From a virus (lineage: Duplodnaviria; Caudoviricetes): DNA of 64,000 nt. Below, one piece after another: positions 29,011 through 40,039 of this stretch (the first letter of the stretch is position 1; every line of letters starts with the position of its first letter). Made by a program: the position numbers and the translations under genes. The notes beneath the pieces were generated by a model. That model did not search any database and had not been told where the DNA came from. It saw nothing but the letters and a program-made list of their open reading frames with translations. The stretch spans positions 7,863 to 71,862 of IMG/VR virus record IMGVR_UViG_3300035498_000698; one strand, given 5' to 3'.

Positions 29011-30870
29011 ATGGCAAACGTTTCTTTTATAAGAACTAAGGATCTTTCATCTAAAAGTGTTGTAGATGGACAGATCGTTTTTGATACAAGTGAAAATAAA
29101 ATATATTTAGACGATGGCGATACTAGAAGGTTAATGGGCGGCGGTGTTGATGATATTACACTAAGTAGTATAGAAGCAGTTGAAGCTGCTACTGAAAAAG
29201 GATATCTAGTTGATGCCTTAGTTATTAAAGAGATTCTTGAAAATTTTAGTGGAGCCAAGTCCGTTTTGGTTAGCAGCTGGCTTGGCGGACAATTAAGTTT
29301 AACCGAGTCGATGACAACTGAAGAAATTGCTAATAAAATTAATGAATTTAGTTTAACTGGTAATGCTGCGGCATCAAATGTTGAAACAGGTAAAACATTT
29401 TATAATTCTAGTACAAGCAAAGTGACTGGAACTTTGAAAAATTTATCAGAAGAAACAACACTTGGTTATTCATCTACTTATCCAAACTCTAAAGTTATTT
29501 TGGGTAGCAAATGTATACAGTCTACTAACACAGATAGCGTTGTTAGAGTTTTAATTGAAAATAATACACGCGGAATAATCGAGAAAGGTTCATTGCTTGC
29601 CGTAGAGCCAAGCTTAGTAGCAACCGCAGTTGGATTGACTGCGGCGAAATTAGCGAAAAATCAGACCGTAATGGGTGTTGCGGGAACGTATACTTCGGAT
29701 GCGACAGCAACTGCCGCATATATCTATAAGGATAAAACTGCATACGTAAATGGATCTAAATTAACGGGAACCATGACGGTTGGAACGTTAGGGTCTTTTA
29801 GTGCAGCTGCCTATAGTAAATCTCAAGTCACTTTGACATGGACAAATCCTGCTTATGCACCTAAGAATGGAACTTGTTTTAGCGGGGTGATCGTAAGATA
29901 TCAAACAGGAAGTTATCCAAGTACTCCTACAAGCGGATCCCTTTATATGGGAACCGGGTCTAATAGCGCGGCATCCGGATCTTCTTCGTATACTGTAGGC
30001 AGCCTTTCTGCAAATACAACATATTATTTCCGTGCATGGTCTTATTTTACGTGCTCTGCCGGAAATTATACTATTAATAATACAACGGTAATGGTAAGCA
30101 GCAGCTATTTAAGTGCTACCGCCAAAACAACAGCAACTGGAACTGCAACTGTTAAGTCAAGCGGAACTTGGACGGTTCCAACAAATGTAAGAAGTATTAC
30201 AGTAACAGCTATTGGCGGCGGTGGAGGTGGGTCTGTCGGCTATTATGATAACACCAGACCCAAAACCGCGTGGGGCGGAGCTGGTGGTGGCGGCGGTTAT
30301 CAAACACAAACCACATGGTCTGTAACCCCAGGTAATACCATTACAATATCTATTGGTGCTGGAGGAACGGCAGGTGGATTCAGCGCAGGCGATGGAGGAA
30401 CCACTACGGTGACATATGGATCTAGTTCTATTTCTGCTGCCGGTGGTGGTCATGGTGTAACTGCTAAATTAGGAGGATCTACAGGCGGCGTCGGAGCAAC
30501 GACAGGTGGTACTGGCGCGGAAGTTATATCCAATAAACTTTCAGCTTTATCAAATGGCGGAAAAGGTGGTGTTGGAACCAATTTATATAATAACAGTTAT
30601 TCTGGAGCCGGTGGTGGTGGCGGCGCTTTATACGATTACTATGATAGCGAAGATGAAAGTCAGAGTTATGACGTTATAGGTTCTGCTGGCACTGCATCTG
30701 CCGGAGGTGGTGCAGGAAGTTCTTCTTATTCATCAGCTGGGACATCTGGTACAGCAAATACCGGTGGCGGTGGTGGCGGAGGTTATGGAAGCATTAGTAA
30801 CTATTCAACCGCAGGATCTAAAACTGCTGGTGGAGCTGGTGGCTCCGGCGTTGTTATCATAACCTACTAA
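29011..30870 (+). CDS. tail fibre-like protein with FN3-like domain and glycine-rich C-terminus
   Basis: VTLTWTNP..LSANTTYYFRAW (FN3-like); WTVP....VTAIGGGGGG..GGAGGSGVVIITY glycine-rich domain. Confidence 0.7.
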   Translation: MANVSFIRTKDLSSKSVVDGQIVFDTSENKIYLDDGDTRRLMGGGVDDITLSSIEAVEAATEKGYLVDALVIKEILENFSGAKSVLVSSWLGGQLSLTESMTTEEIANKINEFSLTGNAAASNVETGKTFYNSSTSKVTGTLKNLSEETTLGYSSTYPNSKVILGSKCIQSTNTDSVVRVLIENNTRGIIEKGSLLAVEPSLVATAVGLTAAKLAKNQTVMGVAGTYTSDATATAAYIYKDKTAYVNGSKLTGTMTVGTLGSFSAAAYSKSQVTLTWTNPAYAPKNGTCFSGVIVRYQTGSYPSTPTSGSLYMGTGSNSAASGSSSYTVGSLSANTTYYFRAWSYFTCSAGNYTINNTTVMVSSSYLSATAKTTATGTATVKSSGTWTVPTNVRSITVTAIGGGGGGSVGYYDNTRPKTAWGGAGGGGGYQTQTTWSVTPGNTITISIGAGGTAGGFSAGDGGTTTVTYGSSSISAAGGGHGVTAKLGGSTGGVGATTGGTGAEVISNKLSALSNGGKGGVGTNLYNNSYSGAGGGGGALYDYYDSEDESQSYDVIGSAGTASAGGGAGSSSYSSAGTSGTANTGGGGGGGYGSISNYSTAGSKTAGGAGGSGVVIITY

Positions 30871-30890
30871 TATAAAAGGAGAATGTAATA

Positions 30891-31295
30891 ATGATTGTAC
30901 ATGAAGTATTTGCACAGATTGCAAATAATGAAGTAAAAAATATCATTGTTTGTGAAGATTATGGGTTTGCAAACTATGTTACACAGGCAACTTATGGCGA
31001 AAATGCATTTGCAGTAGATTGCTTACAATATGCTTGTACTATTGGTGATAAATATCATGATGGAAATTTTTGGCGCGTAGATGAAGAAACCAATGAAGAA
31101 ATTATGATTGAATATATACCAACAGAAAAAGAAGAAATTCAAATATTAAAAAATGAAACTGCGGAAACTTCAGAAGAAAATACAACATTGCAACTTGCAT
31201 TAGTTGAGCAGTATGAAGAAAATTTAGCTCTTCAAGAAGAGTTAACAAATACTCAAATGGCAATTGCAGAAATTTATGAAACGATTGGAGATTAA
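30891..31295 (+). CDS. tail fibre-associated protein
   Basis: Follows the Gly-rich fibre gene; C-terminal LQEELTNTQMAIAEIYE. Confidence 0.55.
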   Translation: MIVHEVFAQIANNEVKNIIVCEDYGFANYVTQATYGENAFAVDCLQYACTIGDKYHDGNFWRVDEETNEEIMIEYIPTEKEEIQILKNETAETSEENTTLQLALVEQYEENLALQEELTNTQMAIAEIYETIGD

Positions 31296-31297
31296 AA

Positions 31298-31438
31298 ATG
31301 GTAAGTTATATTGCAAGAGTATATGCAGATTTAATTCGTAAAAATAAAAAAAATTTCAAGGATGTTAAACCTGAAATAAAAGAAGAAGTAAAACAGGTTT
31401 TGATTGAAATTAATCGTGAAGATTTAATTGAAGAATAA
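31298..31438 (+). CDS. small CD1375-like protein (46 aa, not in ORF track)
   Basis: MVSYIARVYADLIRKNKKNFKDVKPEIKEEVKQVL pattern; SD GGAG. Confidence 0.55.
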   Translation: MVSYIARVYADLIRKNKKNFKDVKPEIKEEVKQVLIEINREDLIEE

Positions 31439-31470
31439 AAGAGTTTTTAATAAACAAAGATGGAGAAGGC

Positions 31471-31629
31471 ATGAAAGAAAATTATCATTTAATTGAGTAT
31501 AAATTTAATACAGGAATTTACTCATTAGAAAAAATGTGTGAATTTGTCCAAAATCATAATATTTCAGAAGAAGATTTTCATTTTATTACTTCTTATAATT
31601 ATAAAGCAATAAATAATGGGTGTGAGTAA
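31471..31629 (+). CDS. XkdX-like small protein (52 aa, not in ORF track)
   Basis: YSLEKMCEFV....ISEEDFHFIT resembles the XkdX pattern; SD GGAG; followed by terminator. Confidence 0.5.
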   Translation: MKENYHLIEYKFNTGIYSLEKMCEFVQNHNISEEDFHFITSYNYKAINNGCE

Positions 31630-31645
31630 TATCACACCCATTTTT
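31616..31645 (+). terminator. intrinsic terminator
   Basis: AATGGGTGTGA/TCACACCCATT hairpin plus T-run. Confidence 0.75.
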
Positions 31646-31715
31646 TTTTATTTTGGTTAAAAGAAATTAATTGTATTAATGTGTTTTTCTTTTTTAAAGA
31701 GAAAGGAGACTATTT

Positions 31716-32171
31716 GTGATGAAAATTGTTTATAATAAAAATAATACTCTAAGAATTATAGACTACAATGAAAAGGCGGATTTAGCAGATATTATTTTTT
31801 ACATTCCAAAAGAATTAAATGGAAATTTTTATTGTAGAATTATAGATTCTAATAACAATGAAGATATATTAACATTATCTTACTCCGAAAGTGATAAAAT
31901 GTATAATATATATAATATATCTTTAGATAATACCATTGCTTGTAAAGAAGGAAATTCTACATTATCTTTACTATATTTTAATAATTCTCAAATGAAATCT
32001 TCTGAAAATTTTTCTTTAGTTTTAACATATAATACTTTTACGTTAGGCAGTCAAATAAATTTAATTGAAAAATTATCTAAAGAAATATCTGGCATGTATA
32101 ATAAAATTATTGATTTAACGCAAATGAATATAGATATTTATAAAGATATAAAGGAGGTATCTGAAAAATGA
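31716..32171 (+). CDS. hypothetical (virion module) protein
   Basis: 151-aa ORF with SD. Confidence 0.6.
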   Translation: MMKIVYNKNNTLRIIDYNEKADLADIIFYIPKELNGNFYCRIIDSNNNEDILTLSYSESDKMYNIYNISLDNTIACKEGNSTLSLLYFNNSQMKSSENFSLVLTYNTFTLGSQINLIEKLSKEISGMYNKIIDLTQMNIDIYKDIKEVSEK

Positions 32172-33676
32172 TTACCACACCTCAAGACTATATAAAAAGA
32201 CTTCAAGAGATTCAAGATAGCTATAATCCAACTGTAAAAATGATTAACTCGGATACCGAACCAAAATTTGAAATTGATGCAGATACTAGAACTATTAAAG
32301 TACCAAATGAGCTTCAAAATGTTGGAGTTTATAAAGATCATATGGCGGAAACTATTTATTTTACCATAGATAGATATTTTGATGATGTAGACTTAATGGA
32401 TAAAATTTGTATAGTTCAATATATTAATGCAAATTCAGAACAATATGTTCATGCGGTAACTGATATTTATTTAAATGATACTCAAGATAAAATTATCTTT
32501 GGTTGGACTATTACAGATAATGTAACTTCCGCAGTTGGAAAAGTAGAATTTTCCATAAGATTTTATACTTTAGAAGATGAAAGTTTCACTTATAGTTTTA
32601 ATACGATTCCTGCTTTTGTATATGTATTAAACGGATTGAATATTACAGATTCATCTGAAACTTCTCCAAGTCAAGATGATTTATCTCTTTTAGTAAGTAA
32701 AATTAATATTGCTATAAGTAACTTGGATAAAAAAGATCCTGTTAATTATAATAATTTAGAGAATAAACCTAGTATTAATGGCGTACTTCTTGAAGGAGAT
32801 TTAACAACAGAAGATTTAAAAATTGAGGCGGGCGGAAAAGTTCCTGAGAATGTTTTAACAACAGATAGCGTTGATACTGAATTATCTGATATTTCTGAGA
32901 ATCCAGTTCAAAATAAAGTTATTGATAGCAAAATTAAAGAAATTGTTGCGGCCGCCGCGCTAAAAGAAGATCTTTCTAATACAAATAATGATATTAATAC
33001 TTTAAAAGGTAATATTGTTACACTAACAGAAAAAACTGATTCTACAAATAAAAATGTTAAAGATTTATCTGGAGAATTAGATAAATTAAAAGAAGAAATT
33101 CAAGGATTAACTTATGTTCCTATTGAAATTTCTAGTTTTATAAATAATATAAATGAGGCGGAAAAGGGTCAAGTTATTAATAATATAATTTTAGATTGGG
33201 ATTATAATAAAATTCCAACAGAATTATTATTAGACGATGTTAGTATTGAAACTAGTTTAAAAACCTATACGCTTTCCGCACAAAATATAAATTCTGATAA
33301 AATTTATACATTAACCGCAAAAGATAGTCAGAATAATTCTTCAATAAAAACTACTTCTATTACTTTTGTTGATGCTATTTATTATGGCGCAAAAGAAGAA
33401 AGTGAATATGATAATACTTTTGTTCTTTCTTTAAATAAAAAATTAGCAAAAGATAAAGATCAAAGTGTAACTATAAACGCTAATACAAATCAATATATTT
33501 ATATTTGCACTCCTGTCGCTTTTGGAGAATGTAATTTTAGTGTTGGTGGTTTCACTGGCGGTTTTGAAAAGATTCAAGAAATTTCAGTTACAAATGGCTA
33601 TAATTATACAACTAATTATAATTTATATAAATCAGTTAATCCTAATTTAGGAGAAACTACAGTGCAAATTTATTAA
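32168..33676 (+). CDS. baseplate upper-type (BppU-like) structural protein
   Basis: FEIDADTRTI..AETIYFTIDRYFD..IIFGWTI..GKVEFSIRF N-terminal domain; VNYNNLENKPSING fibre motif. Confidence 0.55.
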   Translation: MITTPQDYIKRLQEIQDSYNPTVKMINSDTEPKFEIDADTRTIKVPNELQNVGVYKDHMAETIYFTIDRYFDDVDLMDKICIVQYINANSEQYVHAVTDIYLNDTQDKIIFGWTITDNVTSAVGKVEFSIRFYTLEDESFTYSFNTIPAFVYVLNGLNITDSSETSPSQDDLSLLVSKINIAISNLDKKDPVNYNNLENKPSINGVLLEGDLTTEDLKIEAGGKVPENVLTTDSVDTELSDISENPVQNKVIDSKIKEIVAAAALKEDLSNTNNDINTLKGNIVTLTEKTDSTNKNVKDLSGELDKLKEEIQGLTYVPIEISSFINNINEAEKGQVINNIILDWDYNKIPTELLLDDVSIETSLKTYTLSAQNINSDKIYTLTAKDSQNNSSIKTTSITFVDAIYYGAKEESEYDNTFVLSLNKKLAKDKDQSVTINANTNQYIYICTPVAFGECNFSVGGFTGGFEKIQEISVTNGYNYTTNYNLYKSVNPNLGETTVQIY

Positions 33677-33688
33677 AGGAGAAAAAGG

Positions 33689-36600
33689 ATGGGAAAATAT
33701 AACGGTAATACAGAATTAATTTCTGGATTAAAACAAAAAAATAATGGCAATTTCCCTTTAATGGAAGCTAGCGCAATTCAAGTTGATGATGAAGGAACTC
33801 GATTAGATGAAAAACTTAAAAAGTTAGAAGATACGAGCGAAATTGTGAATGACGTTTTAGCTTCTGAAACAGTTTCTAAAATCCAAGCAAATATATCATC
33901 ACTTCAAAGTGGATTAGATGCTAATACAAAAGAAATCTCAGATATTGGAACCGAAGTATCTAATTTATCTGGTAAGATAGACGATTTAGATATAAAGGGT
34001 AATGAATACGATATCTCTTATCAAGATAATATTTTAACTTTATTAGAAAATGATGAAGTAAAAACTCAAGTTACCATTGCGGGCGGCGGTGGTACAGGAG
34101 AATCTACTACTATTACTATTGATAGAATTACTCCTTCTACAGCGGTAGCATTGCTTGGTGATGATGTTATTATTAAATATAAATTTACTAGCGTAGATTC
34201 AGTAGGAGATGATACTGGAACTGCAACCGCAACATGGACGGTAGGTGGAAGAACTGTTGCAATTGAGATTATTAATCAAGGTGAAAACTCTTTTAATTTA
34301 AAAGAATATTTATCCGCTGGAAATAATGATGTAAAAATTTCTATTACCGATAGCGCAGGTAGCATCGCAACTAAAAGATGGACTATTAATGCTATTGATA
34401 TGTATATTACATCTACTTTTAATGATACCCAAGTTTATGATGGCGATGTAGTATTTAGATATTCTCCATATGGTGATATTGAAAAAACAGTTCATTTTGT
34501 TTTAGATGATGAAGAACTTCCAACTGTTATAGTCTCAACCTCTGGAAGACAGCAATCTATTACAATTTCACATAAGCCGCATGGAAGCCATTCATTAAAA
34601 GTTTATTGTACTGCATTAATTAATGATGTAACTATTACAAGTAATACATTATATTTTGACATTATGTTTATTGATGAAGGTAATTCAACACCTATTATCA
34701 GATGCGCATACGATGGCTCTAATGCTAGTCAATATACTGCAAAAGTTATAAAATATTCTGTTTATACTCCAGGAAACTTAACTTCCAATGTAAGTTTATC
34801 TATTGATGATAATATAGTTTCTTCATTAGTTGTAGATAGAACAGAGCAATCATGGAACTATAAACCAAATGATTTTGGTGAAAAAGTTTTAAAAATTACT
34901 TGCGGAAGTGTAGAAAAAGTATTAAATGTAACAGTTGATAAATTCCCTTATGAAATTAGTCAAGTTACAGATGGCTTAGAATTTGACTTTAATCCAAATG
35001 GTAGAAGTAATAGTGATGAAAACTATACTGATTATCAATATGGTGATTATAAAATGTCAGTTTCAGATAATTTTGACTGGCAGAATGGTGGATGGAAAGT
35101 AGATAGTGATGGTAATTCTTACTTTTGTGTAAAAGCTGGAACTACAATGACTTTAGATTATCCACTTTTTGGTAGTGATGCTAAAACTTCTGGTAAGGAT
35201 TTTAAATTCATTTATAAGGCTACTTTATGTAAAGACTTTAATGCAAAAGTTATGGAGTGTCTTGTAAAAAATATTGGTGTTCAGGTCAATGCGCAAAACG
35301 CTATTCTTTCTGCAGGCGGAACTACTTTAGATGTTCCATATATTGAAGATAAATATATGGAATTAGAGTTCAACATTCAGCCAAGCTCGACATATAGTGA
35401 AATGATGGCTTTAATTGATGCTGACCCTAGTAAGATTGCGGTTTATTCAGAAACAGATAACTTCGATCAGAGAAGTCTAAATAATGGTGAATTTGTTCCT
35501 ATTGTTTTTGGTTCAGATGATTGCGATGTTTGGATTTATCGTTTCAAAGCATATAATAAACACTTAAATGATGATGAAATCATGGACAATAGAATTGCAG
35601 ACGCACCAGATTCTGCGGAAATGGCTAATAGATATTTAAGAAACTTAATTGTTAATGCTCAAGGCGAAGTTGATTATGACTTAATTTCTAAAGTATGTCC
35701 AGACCTAAGAGTTATTTTGATCACCTGTCCGCGATTCACAAAAGGTAAAAAAGATAAAGTAGCTGGATGTACGGTTCAACATATTTATACAAAAGGTGGA
35801 GCTAAGCACAATTGGACTGCGGAAAATGTTACTTTATCAGGCCAGGGAACTTCATCTGATAACTATGGCGATTCTTCAAGAAATATGGATATTGATTGTA
35901 CTAAAACAGTATTTAAATTCTCAGATAATACAGAGTCTTCTGTTTATAGCATGACTGATAATAGTATTGGAGAAGCTTATTTTAATATTAAAGTGAATGT
36001 AGCTTCATCTGAAAACGCTAATAACTCGAGATTCCAAGATGATTATCATACATATCAGCCATATTTAAGAGAGGCTCGACAGAAAGACTCAAGAGTAAGA
36101 GACACAATGGAATTTCATCCATGCGTTATCTTTGTTCAAGAAACGGATACTGGCGAAGCTACTCAGTTCTCAGATGGAAAGATGCATTTCTACTCTTGCG
36201 GAGATTTTGGTAACTCAAAGAAAAATCATACTGCTTTAGGAATGGAAACTGACAATCCATTAGAATGTATTGTTGAAATTGATAATAATACAGATGTAAT
36301 ATGTAGATTTAAATCTGATGACCTAAGTGAAGAAACTTGGGATGGTAAACACGCTATTGAATTTAGATATCCAAGTATTGATTCTTTAGAAGAAAGCGTT
36401 GTAAATATTCTAAAAGCAAATGTTCAAAGATTATGGACTTGGGTTGTTTCTACAGATGCGGACGCCGCAACTAATAGAGCATTAAATGAAACAGAATTAA
36501 AAGATGTTGCTAAATGGGGCAAGACCTACACAACGGATTCTGCTGAATATAGATTAGATAAATTCAAATATCAATTTGAAGATTATTTTATAAAAGATTC

Positions 36601-39600
36601 TATCTTATATCACTACTTATTTACAGAAAGACACTGCATGGTAGATAATAGAGCTAAGAATGTATTTATTCATACAAGTGATGGATTGCATTGGGATGCT
36701 ATTTTTGACTATGATAATGATACCGCGGATGGTAATGATAACGAGGGTGGATTGACTCTTGAGTATGGCTTGGAAGATATTGATAAAATTGGAGATAGAG
36801 ATGTATTTAATGCAGCTGATTCAGTTTTATGGGTAAATGTTAGAAAAACCATGTTTAATGATTTAAGAACTTTATATTTAGACCGAGAGAGTGCGGGCGC
36901 TTGGAGTGCAAGCCGCATCATTCAGAAGTTTTATGATTATCAATGGGTAAAACCAGAAAGACTTGAATTAGTAGATATGAGAAGAAAATATATTCGTCCA
37001 TATGAAACTAAAACATATGATTATGAAATTCCTGTAAACAGTACTCAAGCTTATCTTCCTATGCTATACGGAAGAAAAGAGCATCAGAGAAATAGATTTG
37101 AAACTTATGAAGAAAAATACATAGCTTCTAAATACACAGGTGGCGTAGCAACTCAAGATGTAGCTACTCTTAGAGCTTATGCAAGAGGAGATATTAAGGT
37201 AACTCCATATGCGGATATGTATGTAAATATCAAAGCTGGAAGCTTAGAATTTAATCAAAGAGCTAAGAAAGGTGAAGAGGTCACTTTCTCACTTCCATCA
37301 GATGCTATTTTAAATGATACTGAAACTTATATATATACTTCTTCTTTAATTCAAAAAGTAGGAGATTTATCTGCTTTGCGTCCTGGCTATTGTAATTTCT
37401 CTATGGCAAGCAAGCTACAAAGATTGCCAATTGGATCTGGAGATTCTAGTTATTCTAACTCTAATCTTACTAATCTTGATCTTAAGAGTAATGAATTATT
37501 AGAGTATTTGGATATTAGAAACTGCCCTAAATTCAGTATGGCGTTAAATCTAACAAATTGTACTAGATTAAAAGAAATTTATACAACAGGCACTAATTGT
37601 AGTGGTGTTGTTTTTGCAACGAATGGACTATTAGAAATTGCAGAATTAAATGCTATTCAAAGTTTAATTGTTAAAAAGTTAGGATATGTAAAAAAACTAT
37701 TTTTAGAATCATATGATAATGTTAATAGTTTAGTATATGAAAGCTGCCCTTCTATTGATAGTTTAGATTTAGTTAAAAAGTGTATTAATTTATCAAGAAT
37801 TAGAGCTACTGGAATTGATTGGCTTCTAGCAAATACAGATTTATTAAATAATATTTATAAAATGACAGGTATTGATGAAAATAACTCTAATACAAATAAA
37901 TCAGTACTTGCGGGTTCTGTAACAGTTCCAGCTATCAGACAGCAAGAGTTAGATAGATACACTGCCGCATGGACTAACTTAAAAATTAATTATGAAGATA
38001 TGGTAACTCAATATACCGTAACTTTTAAAAACTGGGACGATACAGTACTAACAACAGTATTTGTAGATGCGGGAGAGTCTTGTGAAGATCCTATTGAAAG
38101 CGGTCTTATAAATACTCCTACAAAAGAAAAGGATGTACAATATACTTACACTTTTAGAGAATGGGATGTAAATTTAAGTAATCCTGTTTTAACTAATATT
38201 ACTGTAAAAGCTTTATATGATAGTGAAATCAGAAAATATACAGTTCGTTGGTTAGATGAATTAAATCAAGCATGGAAAATTGTTACAGTTGATTATGGAA
38301 CATCTGTTGAATATGATAAAGAAAATCCTACTAGGGCGGCTAGTGGAATGACTTATTATTTATTTGATGGTTGGGATAAAGCAACGACTTTTATTGATAG
38401 AGACTTAGATGTAAAGGCAAAATGGCAATCTGGAATAATTCCAGCAATTGGACAGGTAGAGACTTATGAGCTGACTCCCGCGCAAATCTATGGTCTTGTT
38501 GATAAAGATTATATTCCAAACTATTTCGAAGATGCCGATTATATAAATGTTCAAATGGGTTATATGCCTACTTTTACAAATATAGAAGAACAGGTTTTAG
38601 TAAGTGAACCTTATATATTAAATGGAACTTCAACCTATATCAATACTGGAATTAAATTATTTGATGAAGATAGAAGTTTTACAATTGCTTTTGACTTTAC
38701 AATGGGATATAAAGCTAGTGGAAAAGGAACTATATTATCTTGTTATAATGAGTATTCAACCTCTGATCTAACTGTTGGCGGTTTTACCTTATCTTCTACT
38801 AATAATAGTGTTCCAACGTTTAAATGGGGACCAAATGCTTCTCAAACCATTAACTCTTATAAACCAACAGAAGATAATCAATATAGAGAAATGTGTGTAA
38901 TTAGACATATTAAAGGTGATAATAATATTTATTTATACACCAATGATAGATTTACAACAAATGATGTTGTAGAAACAATTTTAAAACATACTTTACAAAC
39001 TTCAATACCCAATGTTTTATCTATTGGCGCAGAAATTGAGTATAATGGAACGAAAATTAAGAATTATGCAACAGGAACTGTTAATTATGCGAAAATTTGG
39101 TTTGGTGATTTAGGAGAAGAAGAATGTAGAAAAATTTGTTCTTGGACATACGGGCTTCATAAATTTGAATATTGCGGAACTGAGCGCTATGAAGTTGTGG
39201 GCGCCGCAAGATATTCAAGTGGTTCTTTTGTTGCAAAGGAGCTTTTAGATGGCTTATATCCAATCCATTCAAATAGTAATAATACTGGCGGATGGAATAC
39301 AAGTGATATGAGAGAATGGCTAAATAAGAAAATGTATGCTGCTGTTGATCCTCTTTGGAAGCAATTAATTAAACAGGTACAAATTAAATCTATTAGAGGC
39401 GGTTCTTATTCAGAATCTGATGAAACAAAATCAGAAATTTTAACTTCTAGTGATTATTTATACATTCCTTCTATTGCAGAAGTTGATAGCACTTATAATA
39501 AATCTCCTTATTCTCTTGAAAAGAAAGAGGAAGATGGACCATATTCAATGTTTACAAATGATGCTTCAAGAATTAAATATATTATTAATACAGAAACTCC

Positions 39601-39763
39601 AAACTTCTATTATTTAAGAACACCTTCTCTTACAGATTCTTCTTATAACGCGCATGTAACCTCAAAAGGTAAAACAGGCTTAAGATATAATCAAGATGAG
39701 ACTGTTGACATGTGGAATACGACATCTACTCCTGGCGGAATTTTAGTTGCATTCTCAATTTAA
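33689..39763 (+). CDS. 2024-aa multidomain virion protein (Ig-like, lectin-like, CotH-like, LRR, B-repeat, DUF6273-like C-terminus)
   Basis: VDNRAKN..W..IFDYDNDT (CotH-like); LEYLDIRNC..LNLTNCTRLKEI (LRR); YTVTFKNWD..YTF..WD (B-repeat); GGWNTSDMREWLN..YIPSIAEV..YYLRTP. Confidence 0.6.
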   Translation: MGKYNGNTELISGLKQKNNGNFPLMEASAIQVDDEGTRLDEKLKKLEDTSEIVNDVLASETVSKIQANISSLQSGLDANTKEISDIGTEVSNLSGKIDDLDIKGNEYDISYQDNILTLLENDEVKTQVTIAGGGGTGESTTITIDRITPSTAVALLGDDVIIKYKFTSVDSVGDDTGTATATWTVGGRTVAIEIINQGENSFNLKEYLSAGNNDVKISITDSAGSIATKRWTINAIDMYITSTFNDTQVYDGDVVFRYSPYGDIEKTVHFVLDDEELPTVIVSTSGRQQSITISHKPHGSHSLKVYCTALINDVTITSNTLYFDIMFIDEGNSTPIIRCAYDGSNASQYTAKVIKYSVYTPGNLTSNVSLSIDDNIVSSLVVDRTEQSWNYKPNDFGEKVLKITCGSVEKVLNVTVDKFPYEISQVTDGLEFDFNPNGRSNSDENYTDYQYGDYKMSVSDNFDWQNGGWKVDSDGNSYFCVKAGTTMTLDYPLFGSDAKTSGKDFKFIYKATLCKDFNAKVMECLVKNIGVQVNAQNAILSAGGTTLDVPYIEDKYMELEFNIQPSSTYSEMMALIDADPSKIAVYSETDNFDQRSLNNGEFVPIVFGSDDCDVWIYRFKAYNKHLNDDEIMDNRIADAPDSAEMANRYLRNLIVNAQGEVDYDLISKVCPDLRVILITCPRFTKGKKDKVAGCTVQHIYTKGGAKHNWTAENVTLSGQGTSSDNYGDSSRNMDIDCTKTVFKFSDNTESSVYSMTDNSIGEAYFNIKVNVASSENANNSRFQDDYHTYQPYLREARQKDSRVRDTMEFHPCVIFVQETDTGEATQFSDGKMHFYSCGDFGNSKKNHTALGMETDNPLECIVEIDNNTDVICRFKSDDLSEETWDGKHAIEFRYPSIDSLEESVVNILKANVQRLWTWVVSTDADAATNRALNETELKDVAKWGKTYTTDSAEYRLDKFKYQFEDYFIKDSILYHYLFTERHCMVDNRAKNVFIHTSDGLHWDAIFDYDNDTADGNDNEGGLTLEYGLEDIDKIGDRDVFNAADSVLWVNVRKTMFNDLRTLYLDRESAGAWSASRIIQKFYDYQWVKPERLELVDMRRKYIRPYETKTYDYEIPVNSTQAYLPMLYGRKEHQRNRFETYEEKYIASKYTGGVATQDVATLRAYARGDIKVTPYADMYVNIKAGSLEFNQRAKKGEEVTFSLPSDAILNDTETYIYTSSLIQKVGDLSALRPGYCNFSMASKLQRLPIGSGDSSYSNSNLTNLDLKSNELLEYLDIRNCPKFSMALNLTNCTRLKEIYTTGTNCSGVVFATNGLLEIAELNAIQSLIVKKLGYVKKLFLESYDNVNSLVYESCPSIDSLDLVKKCINLSRIRATGIDWLLANTDLLNNIYKMTGIDENNSNTNKSVLAGSVTVPAIRQQELDRYTAAWTNLKINYEDMVTQYTVTFKNWDDTVLTTVFVDAGESCEDPIESGLINTPTKEKDVQYTYTFREWDVNLSNPVLTNITVKALYDSEIRKYTVRWLDELNQAWKIVTVDYGTSVEYDKENPTRAASGMTYYLFDGWDKATTFIDRDLDVKAKWQSGIIPAIGQVETYELTPAQIYGLVDKDYIPNYFEDADYINVQMGYMPTFTNIEEQVLVSEPYILNGTSTYINTGIKLFDEDRSFTIAFDFTMGYKASGKGTILSCYNEYSTSDLTVGGFTLSSTNNSVPTFKWGPNASQTINSYKPTEDNQYREMCVIRHIKGDNNIYLYTNDRFTTNDVVETILKHTLQTSIPNVLSIGAEIEYNGTKIKNYATGTVNYAKIWFGDLGEEECRKICSWTYGLHKFEYCGTERYEVVGAARYSSGSFVAKELLDGLYPIHSNSNNTGGWNTSDMREWLNKKMYAAVDPLWKQLIKQVQIKSIRGGSYSESDETKSEILTSSDYLYIPSIAEVDSTYNKSPYSLEKKEEDGPYSMFTNDASRIKYIINTETPNFYYLRTPSLTDSSYNAHVTSKGKTGLRYNQDETVDMWNTTSTPGGILVAFSI

Positions 39764-39775
39764 TAGGAGGTCATA

Positions 39776-40039
39776 ATGTATTATTATAAATTAATGAAAG
39801 ATGATGAATTAATTGGAATGGTTGATTCTTTTGCATTAAGAAAATATCAAAAGAAACATGATATATTATTATGTTGTAGTGAAGCAGAAGCTCAATATGT
39901 GCAATATAATAATATAATTTATAGAGTAGGGTGGCTCAATCCAGAGCCGCCTGAAATTAAAGATAAATACGAAATGATTGATATGATTTTAATAGATCAA
40001 GATGAATATGAAAACTGGATTGAAAAAAACCAAAGCTAA
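39776..40039 (+). CDS. hypothetical protein
   Basis: 87-aa ORF with SD GGAGG, last gene of the block. Confidence 0.6.
   Translation: MYYYKLMKDDELIGMVDSFALRKYQKKHDILLCCSEAEAQYVQYNNIIYRVGWLNPEPPEIKDKYEMIDMILIDQDEYENWIEKNQS

Noticed and set aside
25374-39302. Minus-strand or alternative-frame ORFs within structural genes
   Set aside because: Shadows of repetitive coding sequence
39100-39763. DUF6273-like C-terminus as a diversity-generating retroelement target
   Set aside because: No reverse transcriptase and no adenine-variant template repeat seen in this window; cannot exclude one elsewhere
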